A stretch of DNA of 20,000 nucleotides from an uncultured virus (IMG/VR IMGVR_UViG_3300025133_000091) (IMGVR_UViG_3300025133_000091); one strand, 5' to 3'; shown: positions 1-8,842, counted from the first letter of the stretch. Numbers and translations are program-made. The notes: a model not told the origin generated them from the letters alone.

Positions 1-300
1 ATCACCTGTGTCGACCGAACTAACCATTAGAATGTCTTTTTGACCATCAGCTGTGTTTAAAAACAAACCAGCTCCTCCGTTTAAACTTGTCGCTCTAACG
101 TTTATTACGTTTGATGTAGTGTTACTAGCGTTGATGTCTAGTGCTATTTGATCAACGTCAAGATTCGCTAGAGTTAATGCCGTTGCCCCACCATCGGTTG
201 GGTTTTCTAAAAAAAGCTGTCCCCAACTTTTCGCCGCTGTTCCTAATGTCCCTTGTTGATCTGCTCTAGGGACTATACTTTTTGTATCGCTTAATGCCAT
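1..300 (-). CDS. N-terminal part of a probable tail fibre/structural protein (runs off the window edge)
   Basis: Read manually: ATG at 300, open to position 1 (MALSDTKSIVPRADQQGTLGTAAKSWGQLFLENP...). The IxP...LG...KxW motif and G/T/A/N-rich composition resemble fibre proteins. Confidence 0.55.
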   Translation of the reverse strand, partial: MALSDTKSIVPRADQQGTLGTAAKSWGQLFLENPTDGGATALTLANLDVDQIALDINASNTTSNVINVRATSLNGGAGLFLNTADGQKDILMVSSVDTGD

Positions 301-320
301 GTTTTTTTAATTTTTTTTAT

Positions 321-587
321 TTATGCTTTTGGTATAATATCTCCATTCCCATCTACGTCAAACCAACCTTCTTCGTTTGGTGTTGATGCTGGTATTATAT
401 TGCTATCACCATCTAAATCCCAAATATCATTGTTATCAACAAAAGAATATTTTGGTTGTAAGTTTTGGTCACCATCTTCCTCAAAAAAGAAATCATCACT
501 AAGCGCCGCGGTGAACCCACCAGCCCCACCAGCAGAACCAATACTCTCTACTACTCCAGAAATTCCTAATCCTATACCAGGTGCCAT
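321..587 (-). CDS. Small acidic hypothetical protein, probably structural
   Basis: ORF track gives 321..647, but the ATG at 587 overlaps the upstream stop (TAATG coupling). Begins MAPGIGLGIS; internal W(D/F)xDGxxxIIP repeat. Confidence 0.65.
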   Translation of the reverse strand: MAPGIGLGISGVVESIGSAGGAGGFTAALSDDFFFEEDGDQNLQPKYSFVDNNDIWDLDGDSNIIPASTPNEEGWFDVDGNGDIIPKA

Positions 588-952
588 TACCTTGCGTCTG
601 CTAAATACAACAGCACTGAACCTGCTCCTAAATCTACTTTTGTCCACCTGCCAACTAAAGAAATACCGGCCTTGAAAGTTGTAGCTGTAGCTATAGGATC
701 TGCGTTTGTACCATTAGCACCAACTACTGATGTTCCTACATAAGCTGTTGAGCCATTGATATCAGCTCCCGTTGTACCATCTAAGTAACCAGCGGTGTCA
801 GGAACTAGTTCTGCGAATTTAGTTGTGTCAGTTAAGACTGTTATTGCTACTATTACTTTTCCTGCTGGCGGTTCGTAAGCGTCGGTATCAGCCAAATATG
901 CACTACCCATTTGCCCAAAGCCGTAAGCTACTTCTGTTGAATTTATTCCCAT
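587..952 (-). CDS. Hypothetical virion structural protein
   Basis: 121 aa, G/A/T-rich and beta-like, tightly packed in the minus-strand operon. Confidence 0.6.
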   Translation of the reverse strand: MGINSTEVAYGFGQMGSAYLADTDAYEPPAGKVIVAITVLTDTTKFAELVPDTAGYLDGTTGADINGSTAYVGTSVVGANGTNADPIATATTFKAGISLVGRWTKVDLGAGSVLLYLADAR

Positions 953-953
953 T

Positions 954-1346
954 TTATTTTTTTACTTTTTCTAATGATCGTCCGCCAAAATAAGCACCGA
1001 TCACGGTTATTAATACTATTTGTAGTAAGTCTGTCCATTTAGGTTCGACTATAAATTTTATTGTTCCAGCATCAATGAATATCATTAAAACTGTGGATAC
1101 TACCAAGAAAGCTAAAACCAACGGTCTTATGTTCTTAGCTAACCATGAATCAGACTTCATATCAGCCTCCCATCGAGATGTAATTTGCTTTTCCATCTCT
1201 ACTTCATAATCACTTATAAGTTGCTTGATTTTAAGCTCAGCAGCAAGTTTTTCTTCTTTTGATGTGTGTAGGTTATCTATAATCCCACCTACGCCTTTAA
1301 CGAGTTCAGTTGCTCCAGAAGAAAATATGTTTGATAATATACTCAT
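954..1346 (-). CDS. Holin, 3TM (GTA holin-like) family
   Basis: DSWLAKNIRPL motif, two clear hydrophobic segments, C-terminal GAYFGGRSLEKVKK typical of this family. Confidence 0.8.
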   Translation of the reverse strand: MSILSNIFSSGATELVKGVGGIIDNLHTSKEEKLAAELKIKQLISDYEVEMEKQITSRWEADMKSDSWLAKNIRPLVLAFLVVSTVLMIFIDAGTIKFIVEPKWTDLLQIVLITVIGAYFGGRSLEKVKK

Positions 1347-1349
1347 AAT

Positions 1350-1772
1350 TTAATGATTTCCGTTATTTGCGTCGTCCTCCCAAGGAAAACCAGTGTCTCC
1401 AGCTTCTTTCCACTCTCCATCTACCAATATAGAATCTATACCATCTATATCAGTTCTTTCAAACCTCTCACCATTATACATAACATGATCGTCATCATAA
1501 GCCAACTTACCAATCTTCATATCGGTAGCATGTCTCATTTCGTGATTAATCGTTTGTCTGTATTCAGGACTATTAGGATCTAGTAATTCATTCACGTATA
1601 TACTTCCATCCATATTAGCTTCACCCATAATACCTTCTTCTAAAGGCATAGGTATAATAGGTGTTCCAGGAATAGACTCTATACCACTAGGTTGTCTACC
1701 AAAACTTAACTTAGTCTTGATTTCACCGTTAGTAGCTTCTAATCCTCTTTCTTTACCTAGTTTAAATCCCAT
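1350..1772 (-). CDS. Small zincin-like (HExxH) metallopeptidase
   Basis: G-x-A...GSIYVN...TINHEMRH motif and downstream FPWE. Confidence 0.6.
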   Translation of the reverse strand: MGFKLGKERGLEATNGEIKTKLSFGRQPSGIESIPGTPIIPMPLEEGIMGEANMDGSIYVNELLDPNSPEYRQTINHEMRHATDMKIGKLAYDDDHVMYNGERFERTDIDGIDSILVDGEWKEAGDTGFPWEDDANNGNH

Positions 1773-1774
1773 AT

Positions 1775-2086
1775 TTAATCAACTATTGGACCAACTGGTT
1801 TTTTATACGGGGGTTTCATCTTTATATCAGATCTCACTGTGGCAAAGTTTGTTCCAACTTTTCTCTTTAATTTTGTCACCTTAGCCATCATTTCTCCTTT
1901 TGGCGGCGCCCAAATATTTGTGCCTTTTGTTTTTGTCCAACCTGGTCCAGGTGAAGTTTTAGAGACTACTTCTCCCTTATCTGCTAATGGAGAGTTTCCA
2001 AAATCCATTCCTTTCATTTTGAAACCAGATCTTTTTTGCAATGGATTGTCTCCGTAATCTTTTTGTGTTGATTTTGAATATGGCAT
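1775..2086 (-). CDS. Basic low-complexity hypothetical protein with FKMK motif
   Basis: 103 aa ORF in the operon; SGFKMKGMDFGNSPL. Confidence 0.65.
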   Translation of the reverse strand: MPYSKSTQKDYGDNPLQKRSGFKMKGMDFGNSPLADKGEVVSKTSPGPGWTKTKGTNIWAPPKGEMMAKVTKLKRKVGTNFATVRSDIKMKPPYKKPVGPIVD

Positions 2087-2087
2087 G

Positions 2088-2528
2088 TTATCTATCTTTA
2101 TCTTTAATCATATCATCTATAGCTTTATTGTAAACTTTATCTGTATATGATTTGTTATTGTAGAATACACTTCTATCTGAAGTGGGTAAGTCTTCCTCAC
2201 CTAATAGGATTCTATATATCCTACTTATTATTTGTGAACATTTAAATGAAGTTTTAAATACAGAGTATTTTATCGTTGTACGATTTCTTTGTCTCCAAAC
2301 CTCTATCCACCCTTCTTTTCTAAGTCTCTCCCAACGGTTCTTATCCCAACTCATGGTATAAACTCCATCTATAAACTCTTGTCGTGTAAATCTTTTTTTA
2401 CAATCTAAATAAATTAATAGTTCTAAATCTGCGTCTGTTAACCCGTAAGTTTTACAGACCCACTTTCTAGTGAGCCTGTAATACTTAAGGATATTCATTT
2501 CACGCAAATCTTGCGCGGTTAGTCTCAT
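2088..2528 (-). CDS. Hypothetical protein, possible winged-helix DNA-binding fold
   Basis: YGLTDADLELLIYL...FTRQEF...LRKEGWIEVW resembles a MarR-like wHTH pattern. Confidence 0.5.
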   Translation of the reverse strand: MRLTAQDLREMNILKYYRLTRKWVCKTYGLTDADLELLIYLDCKKRFTRQEFIDGVYTMSWDKNRWERLRKEGWIEVWRQRNRTTIKYSVFKTSFKCSQIISRIYRILLGEEDLPTSDRSVFYNNKSYTDKVYNKAIDDMIKDKDR

Positions 2529-2535
2529 TCAAGAT

Positions 2536-2901
2536 CTATGCCTCTGCCTGAATAGCTATCGTACAACCTGTGATGTCAGAATCAAGATATATTCCGTTAT
2601 TATCATCAGCTACAACAATAAAAGAACTTTTATGCGCGTCAGCACTTAAAGCGCTAACTATACTGTGTGCGACTTTTTTGTGTGTATCTGCTTTAATTGT
2701 TAAAACTACCGCGTCTGATATGTGATTAAAGTCATTTGAATCTGGTACAGAAACTTGAGATTCAAATGCCATTGTTAATGCAACAGAACTAGTTCCAGTA
2801 TTATACATACCTTTAAAAGTGCTTTCTCTAAAGGCACCAGCATCTCCTAGTGCTGCAAATGGGTCTGTTGCTGTTTCCATAAAATAAAGTGTTTTTTCCA
2901 T
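2536..2901 (-). CDS. Hypothetical protein, paralogue 3 of tandem triplet
   Basis: Shares LYFME, IV(I/V)ADD and C-terminal AEA with its neighbours. Confidence 0.8.
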   Translation of the reverse strand: MEKTLYFMETATDPFAALGDAGAFRESTFKGMYNTGTSSVALTMAFESQVSVPDSNDFNHISDAVVLTIKADTHKKVAHSIVSALSADAHKSSFIVVADDNNGIYLDSDITGCTIAIQAEA

Positions 2902-2926
2902 GTTTTTTATTTTTTATTTGTTAATA

Positions 2927-3289
2927 CTAGGCTTCTGCCGTTACTGTTATTGTACATCCACTAATATGTGTGCTAGCGTACTTACTCTCGTTGTCATCAG
3001 CGATAACAATAAAGCCATCACTGTGTACTCCGTTTATAGTGTCGATTATGTCTGCTATAGCCTCTTTGTTTTTGTTAGCTGTAGCTAAATCTAGAACAAC
3101 AAAATCGTGAACGATAGATGTATCATTTGAATCGTTAACGGTTTGCATTCCTTTAAAATCCATTTGGATTTTTCCATTTGCTAAATTATGAAAACCTTTA
3201 AAACTAGATAGTGGCCATACTGCCATATCACCAACTGCGTTAAAAGGATCTGTTGAGGTCTCCATAAAATAAAGATATTTTTCTGTCAT
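2927..3289 (-). CDS. Hypothetical protein, paralogue 2 of tandem triplet
   Basis: KYLYFMETSTDPF...FIVIADD...GCTITVTAEA. Confidence 0.8.
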   Translation of the reverse strand: MTEKYLYFMETSTDPFNAVGDMAVWPLSSFKGFHNLANGKIQMDFKGMQTVNDSNDTSIVHDFVVLDLATANKNKEAIADIIDTINGVHSDGFIVIADDNESKYASTHISGCTITVTAEA

Positions 3290-3314
3290 TTTTTTATTTT
3301 TTTTTTAATTTTTA

Positions 3315-3686
3315 TTAAGCCTCAGCTCTAACAGTAACAGCACAAGCAGTAATATTCGCGTCAGCGTATACACTATTTGAGTCATCTGCTATAACAATAA
3401 GTCCATTATTTCTTTTTCCAGCTCCACCATATATTAGATCGCTAATGCTTTCTATAACTGCTTTATGTGTGTCTGTTCCGATAGTTAATCTTACTGAATC
3501 CTTTTTAGAAGTAGTATCGTCTGAATCAGATTCCGTTAACTTTGGTTCAAAAGCTAAATCTAACGTCGTGTTGTTAACACTTTGAAATCCAACAAATCTT
3601 TCTAGTGGATAACAAGCCATATCCGCTAACGCATCAAAAGCCCCATCTGTTTGCTCCATAAAATAAAGATATTTTTTATGTTCCAT
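3315..3686 (-). CDS. Hypothetical protein, paralogue 1 of tandem triplet
   Basis: KYLYFMEQTDG...LIVIADD...ACAVTVRAEA. Confidence 0.8.
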   Translation of the reverse strand: MEHKKYLYFMEQTDGAFDALADMACYPLERFVGFQSVNNTTLDLAFEPKLTESDSDDTTSKKDSVRLTIGTDTHKAVIESISDLIYGGAGKRNNGLIVIADDSNSVYADANITACAVTVRAEA

Positions 3687-3760
3687 TTTTTTTGTTTTTT
3701 TTGTTAATAATTAATTTTGTTTGTGTTTCTAAGTTTAGGGTTTAAAGTTTATGGTTTAGG

Positions 3761-4018
3761 TTAATCTACTAGAACTACGTCACCATCACGAATGACCCGG
3801 TAAAGTACATCTTTCCATGATATGTCGTGTCCAGCATGTTTATCGTAATATATCGTATCTCCATCTTTTAGTCCTTCGACTAAATGTCCACACGATATTA
3901 TTTTTGCTTTTATATAACGGTTGTCTTGATCAGTCTCGTCTGTCATGATCAACCCAGCAACCTTTTTAGGCTCTGTCTTTATTCTGTCTACTATAATATA
4001 TCTATTGATTGCTTTCAT
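3761..4018 (-). CDS. groES: Phage co-chaperonin GroES (Cpn10)
   Basis: 85 aa; mobile-loop-like KKVAGLIM, GLKDGDTIYY, YRVIRDGDVV; overlaps the end of groEL. Confidence 0.88.
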   Translation of the reverse strand: MKAINRYIIVDRIKTEPKKVAGLIMTDETDQDNRYIKAKIISCGHLVEGLKDGDTIYYDKHAGHDISWKDVLYRVIRDGDVVLVD

Positions 4019-5570
4019 TCATTCTCATATTTGAAATTACACAATCTGCAGATATAATTGTTGATACTACACTCACTGCATTTTTAAGTGCGGACTTGGT
4101 TACAAGTACTGGATCTATGATACCAGCTGAGATCATTGTAGCTCTTTCACCAGTTATAACATCAATACCATAACCTTCGTGATCTTCGTATCCATCCATC
4201 ATAGTTATACCAGCATTATCAAGTACAGTGTAAAAAGGAGCTTGAATAGCTTTTAGTAGGATTTTCTCACCAGGTGTTTTAGCTTTAACCTTTTGAGACG
4301 CATTTAATAGTGCAACTCCACCTCCAGGAACAATTCCTTCTTTTAATGCTGCTTTAGTAGCGTAGATAGCATCTTCTATCCTATCTTTCTTTTCTTTAAG
4401 CTCTATCTTTGAATCAGCACCTACCTTAACCATTCCAACACTTCCCGATAGCATAGCTAGTCTTTGTCTGTGTTTCTTTTGTATAAACGGGTTTTTCTCC
4501 CATTTATCTATAGTTTTGTTAATACTAGCGATTCTCTCTTCCATTTCCTCCTCTGGAGTCTCTATAGTGAGAACTGTATTCTTATCATCAGTAATTGCTG
4601 AGTAAGCTTCTCCTAAACAATCTACATCGATTAAATCAAGATCATCACCCAATTGCTCGTTGATTACTTTAGCTCCAACTAAAAAAGCAAGATCTGCCAC
4701 GGTATCGTCTTTAGTAGGACCAAAACCTGGCAAATCAACTATGTTAACTTTAATATTACCTTTTACCTTATTCATAAGAAGAGCTGCTTTAACCTGTTGG
4801 TCAACTGGAGCAACGATTAATAAAGGACGTTTGTTCTTGATAACGTGCTCTAGTACTGTTTGTATTTTTCTTATGTTTGGTATTTCTGAAGACACTATTA
4901 ATACTAATGGGTTATCAAGCTCACAAATCTGCTTGTCCTTATCAGTAACGAAATGTGGGGATGTGAGTCCTGAATCTACCTGTACGCCGTCAACTACTTC
5001 GACATATGTTTCTTCAGTTGGAGACTCTTCCATTAATACCACACCATCTTTACCTACTTTAGTATAAGCTTCCGCTATAATCTTTCCTAGTTCTGTATCA
5101 TTATTACAACTTATTGAACTAACAGATTCCAGCATATCGCCCTCGATCTTGACAGAAATCTTATCTAGGTAATCATTTACCTTCTTAAGACCGGATTTAA
5201 TCCCGTCCTTAATTTCTCTAATGGTAGCATCGTTACCATTAACTTCTTTTAGCAATGATTCAGCAAGGACAGTAGCTGTTGTAGTACCGTCACCCGCTTC
5301 TCTCACTGTATTTCTAGCAGCCTCCTTAATTAAGGTAGCCCCCATGTTTTCTACCGGATCAAATAAGACAACAGATTCTGCTACTGTTACTCCGTCTTTT
5401 GTTATTACCGGTAAACCTCTAGCATCTTCGTATATTACGCATTTACCAGATGCTCCAAGGGTTGATTTTACTGCTTTAGCTAGTTTTTCAACACCAGCTA
5501 CTATTTTATTTTTTGCGTTATCGCCAAAGTTCACGTCTTTGACAATCTCGCTTGGATGATTGTATTCCAT
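4002..5570 (-). CDS. groEL: Phage chaperonin GroEL (Cpn60)
   Basis: ITKDGVTVA, AGDGTTTATVL, PGFG, EGIVPGGG and GIIDP motifs; no GGM tail. Confidence 0.97.
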   Translation of the reverse strand: MEYNHPSEIVKDVNFGDNAKNKIVAGVEKLAKAVKSTLGASGKCVIYEDARGLPVITKDGVTVAESVVLFDPVENMGATLIKEAARNTVREAGDGTTTATVLAESLLKEVNGNDATIREIKDGIKSGLKKVNDYLDKISVKIEGDMLESVSSISCNNDTELGKIIAEAYTKVGKDGVVLMEESPTEETYVEVVDGVQVDSGLTSPHFVTDKDKQICELDNPLVLIVSSEIPNIRKIQTVLEHVIKNKRPLLIVAPVDQQVKAALLMNKVKGNIKVNIVDLPGFGPTKDDTVADLAFLVGAKVINEQLGDDLDLIDVDCLGEAYSAITDDKNTVLTIETPEEEMEERIASINKTIDKWEKNPFIQKKHRQRLAMLSGSVGMVKVGADSKIELKEKKDRIEDAIYATKAALKEGIVPGGGVALLNASQKVKAKTPGEKILLKAIQAPFYTVLDNAGITMMDGYEDHEGYGIDVITGERATMISAGIIDPVLVTKSALKNAVSVVSTIISADCVISNMRMNESNQ

Positions 5571-5610
5571 GTATTAAATTAAATTTGATTAAATTGGTAC
5601 TGCTTTACTT

Positions 5611-5871
5611 TTACTCTTCGTTAAATATAGCTAATTCTTCGGCTGTAAGTTTTTGGCCACTCATGTATTTACGTATTATTTGGTCTTTTTTATTACCCTT
5701 GTTAGCGCCCTCTTCTATTACTTGTGTTTTCTCTAAATCCGCATCAGTTATCTCTGTAGTTCCTGGTGGAGTTGCTAATTTATCATCATCCTTTTTCTTC
5801 TTATCATCTCTAAAAGGTGCCCCAAAGTTCCTTGCCATCGGCGACCCCTTCATTTTAAATGGTCCTGCCAT
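5611..5871 (-). CDS. Small charged hypothetical protein with N-terminal PFKMKGSP motif
   Basis: 86 aa ORF in the operon. Confidence 0.7.
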   Translation of the reverse strand: MAGPFKMKGSPMARNFGAPFRDDKKKKDDDKLATPPGTTEITDADLEKTQVIEEGANKGNKKDQIIRKYMSGQKLTAEELAIFNEE

Positions 5872-5893
5872 AATTTCTGTTTGTTTTTAATTG

Positions 5894-6184
5894 TTATTCA
5901 AAGGTTTTAACCACTTTTGGTCCCTTTGTTGCTTCTAGTTTATCAGTAAAGTGTTTAACACTGCCATTTATGGCGGTTTCTGCACCTTCTATTGTCTCTC
6001 TACGCGTAACATCTTGCCATTGATCCTCTTTATCAGGGTTTAAGCATTCTGTTTGGTAAAATCCGTTAGGTAACTGTGTAATTCTCCAGTTTTTCTTCTC
6101 AGAGAGGTGTTTCCAATGTTTAATTGTTGTTTCATTCGGTTTTAGGTTGCCAGTTGAACTGGTCTTGTAGTATAAATAAGTCAT
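5894..6184 (-). CDS. Hypothetical phage protein
   Basis: 96 aa ORF, A-rich leader; NWRITQLPNGFYQTE, W.DVTRRETIEGAE. Confidence 0.75.
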   Translation of the reverse strand: MTYLYYKTSSTGNLKPNETTIKHWKHLSEKKNWRITQLPNGFYQTECLNPDKEDQWQDVTRRETIEGAETAINGSVKHFTDKLEATKGPKVVKTFE

Positions 6185-6233
6185 TTTATTTTGGTTTTAG
6201 GTTATTGACTTGGTGTAGGGTGTATCCCTATAT

Positions 6234-8093
6234 CTATTCTGGTATATAACCAGATTTTATCATGTTTTGTTGTACAGTTCCACCTTTCACAGCGTTTCTA
6301 TATATTCTATTATCACGCATTTCCATTGGACTTTTACCTTTTTTAGCTTGTTGAGCTTGATACCACTTGTCATTAGCTATTTTGTACTGTTCTTGCTTCT
6401 CCTTCCAAGTACCTTCAAAGTCACTTGGTTTAGGTTTTCTATCTGGAGTTGTAGTGACCTGTTCAACTACTGGTTTAGTTGTAGTTTCTTCAACTACTGG
6501 TTCGGTTTTTGTTTCTTCTTGTACTAAATCAGTAACACCTCCTCCGTGACCAGCTTCTATTTTATCAAGGTTCTGGTTTAGTAAGGCTTCTTCTTTTTCA
6601 GCTTTAATTCTTTCCTCTTCTGCCTTCTCAGCTGCCCACTGCTCTTCCATCATTAACTCCATTTCTTCCATCTCTTTATCCTCCTGCTCTTCTTTCTCTT
6701 GCTCGAGCTGAGCTTCATATGATTCCGGCAATGTGCCTTCGTTTTTCATTTTTACGTACGCGTCAAATCTTTCTTGAGTGGTAACAACATCATCCCCATA
6801 GTATGCTTTTGCTTCGGCTATATTTTGGGTCCTTAAAGCTTTCTCCGCTTTTTTCTCTTGTTGTGCTACAAGTTTGTCAGACGTTTCTTTAGATATCCTT
6901 TTACCCTCTGGGGTATAATACTTTTCCTTCCCATCGTCTAACCAGCCCATAGTTCCATCGCCCATATCTCCCCAAGTGTCACCGTAGTTACTTTTAGCAC
7001 CTTCTTTAGGCACCCACGTTCCGTCTTCTCCCACCTGCATATCTGTTTTTTCTACCCCGTAATTTTCAGAAGCAGCTTGCATGTTTTTATCAGTTTGTAT
7101 ATCCTCGGGACTCGTATATGCTCCAGCTAACACCCACTCATCTTTATCATCGTTATAGTGTAGTTGTGTGCCCTGTTTATTTGGATTTTCTAGCAGTTCC
7201 GTATACTCCTTTCTAATATCAGGATCATCAAGATCAAAGTCCTCTCCATATTGTTCTCTCATATACTTATCGGCTTTTTTCATTTGCCTATCAGTAAATT
7301 CGGTTGTAGCCACCGTCCCAGTTGATTTTTGCAATTCTAACTTTTGCTTATTTGTTGGTAATGGACGAATAGATTTCGGTTCTAGAGTAATAGGCTTATT
7401 AGCCTCTTGCTCTGCCTCAAATTCAGCTTTCTTTGCAGCCTCCTCTTCTTTCTTTTTTATATCTTTATACCCCTTAGTATTTTTGTAGTCCGTCTCAGGG
7501 TCGTCAATATGGCCCTTACCTACATAGTTAGCATCTTTCTCAGCTTGTATTCTAAGTTTTTCCGCTTCTTTTTCAGCCTTTATTTTCGCATTCTTTTCTG
7601 CTCTTTTCTTTTTACCTTCAGCGCCTTTAGTTTGTATATCTTCTATTGCACCCTCTACGACATTCCCAAGTTCATCAACAATATTCTCTCCTAACTTAAA
7701 TAAACCATTTCCTATCGCTACTGGAACTAACAAAGCTCCTCCAACTAAAGTGCTTACGCCTTCAACAATTTTACCACCTACATCTAGAAGATTTTTACCA
7801 AACTTTTTTCTTTTAGCTTTCCTCTCTTGTTTTCTAGCATCTTTCGCCGCTTGTTCCTCTGGTGTTAATTTTTTCTTCTCTTTCTTTTCAGGCACATCTA
7901 TATTTATCTTGTCAAGTTCGAAATCTATTGCTTGTGGTTTATATGATTTACCCAGAGCGTCAGCGGCACCAACCAAACTAGCATCCGCTTTAGTCCTAGA
8001 CTGAGATACCACAGATTGTGCTTTAGCTTTCGCTATCGATGCTTTATGATTTGCTGTACCCTTTATCACAGGGCGATTCATTCTAAATGCCAT
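6234..8093 (-). CDS. Large K/E-rich coiled-coil protein, candidate internal virion/ejection protein
   Basis: 619 aa, highly charged, one hydrophobic segment (TLVGGALLVPVAIG). Function inferred only. Confidence 0.6.
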   Translation of the reverse strand: MAFRMNRPVIKGTANHKASIAKAKAQSVVSQSRTKADASLVGAADALGKSYKPQAIDFELDKINIDVPEKKEKKKLTPEEQAAKDARKQERKAKRKKFGKNLLDVGGKIVEGVSTLVGGALLVPVAIGNGLFKLGENIVDELGNVVEGAIEDIQTKGAEGKKKRAEKNAKIKAEKEAEKLRIQAEKDANYVGKGHIDDPETDYKNTKGYKDIKKKEEEAAKKAEFEAEQEANKPITLEPKSIRPLPTNKQKLELQKSTGTVATTEFTDRQMKKADKYMREQYGEDFDLDDPDIRKEYTELLENPNKQGTQLHYNDDKDEWVLAGAYTSPEDIQTDKNMQAASENYGVEKTDMQVGEDGTWVPKEGAKSNYGDTWGDMGDGTMGWLDDGKEKYYTPEGKRISKETSDKLVAQQEKKAEKALRTQNIAEAKAYYGDDVVTTQERFDAYVKMKNEGTLPESYEAQLEQEKEEQEDKEMEEMELMMEEQWAAEKAEEERIKAEKEEALLNQNLDKIEAGHGGGVTDLVQEETKTEPVVEETTTKPVVEQVTTTPDRKPKPSDFEGTWKEKQEQYKIANDKWYQAQQAKKGKSPMEMRDNRIYRNAVKGGTVQQNMIKSGYIPE

Positions 8094-8335
8094 TAGTAAT
8101 TGTATTTTCGTTTAGTTGCACCTGATCTACTGTTCTTAGCTCTATTCTTACTAGCAGGAATACACTTTCCACTAGCGTGATCAAAATCATAACCTTTAGG
8201 ACAATTCTTCCTCTGTGCATCTCTTTTCTTCTTCTTTCCCCAAGCAGACATAGCCGACTTCTTGTCTCTAACAGCCTTTCTCTTAGCTGCTGCCGGTGAT
8301 AATTTCTGTTTTAGTTTAAATGGTGTACCTTTCAT
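8093..8335 (-). CDS. Small basic protein, minimal/degenerate HNH-like
   Basis: First gene of the left arm; GYDFDH...SKNRAKN resembles the DH...NRxxN pattern of small phage HNH proteins. Confidence 0.45.
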   Translation of the reverse strand: MKGTPFKLKQKLSPAAAKRKAVRDKKSAMSAWGKKKKRDAQRKNCPKGYDFDHASGKCIPASKNRAKNSRSGATKRKYNY

Positions 8336-8341
8336 ACTATG

Positions 8342-8371
8342 TATGATTACATGGTAAAGAATTTATTTACA
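8342..8371 (-). promoter_or_regulatory. Class II promoter candidate (TGTAAA-N14-TGTAATCATA) for the left arm
   Basis: Same boxes and spacing as 18605-18634; ends 6 nt before the ATG at 8335. Confidence 0.6.
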
Positions 8372-8372
8372 G

Positions 8373-8518
8373 TGTGACAATAGCCTGTTACTCCCTATCT
8401 CTACTAATCTATCTCTACTCCTAGATATTACTCTAGTAATATCCTTAAGTAGGAGTATTAAAAAACGAATACTGTGACAATAGCTAGTTACTCTAATACT
8501 TAGCTACCTAATGTCATA
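8373..8518. promoter_or_regulatory. Operator/iteron-like cluster of TGTGACAATAGC sites
   Basis: 21-nt direct repeat (19/21 identical) at 8373 and 8473, inverted half-site ending at 8518, and a hairpin at 8416-8457 between them. Confidence 0.6.
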
Positions 8519-8740
8519 TAAAAAGTATTGTGGATATAGGGGTAGAGTACAGTACCCTCCTCTATAGAAGGCCCGGCCTCAACTAAAACGCATCCTACTT
8601 TGCCCACCGCCCCTTCGTTTGACCCAAATCTCCAATATGTTTTCACATTACAAACTATAATATATCTCAACACAAATAATAATTTTTCTCTAACATTTCA
8701 GCAAATGCCCCCGCCCCTGGGCTCGCTGTATAGCATAGCT

Positions 8741-8774
8741 CACAAGCTAGTCACGTGTGTTGTTAGATAATATA
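8741..8774 (+). promoter_or_regulatory. Class I promoter candidate, copy 1
   Basis: CACAA-gctagtc-ACG-tgtgttgtta-GATAATATA. Confidence 0.75.
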
Positions 8775-8808
8775 TATGTAAGCAAAATGATTAGCTAACT
8801 GCACAGTA

Positions 8809-8842
8809 CACAAAGTTAATACGACTTATAATAGATAATATA
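8809..8842 (+). promoter_or_regulatory. Class I promoter candidate, copy 2
   Basis: CACAA-agttaat-ACG-acttataata-GATAATATA, upstream of the 8878 ORF. Confidence 0.75.

Noticed and set aside
588..647. Longer start for the 321..647 ORF
   Set aside because: Overlaps the upstream gene by about 60 nt; the TAATG-coupled ATG at 587 is more plausible.
400..8004. Plus-strand ORFs in the left arm (400..675, 1353..1583, 4660..5067, 5221..5559, 7168..7488 and others)
   Set aside because: Antisense shadows of well-supported minus-strand genes, with S/F/L-rich composition.
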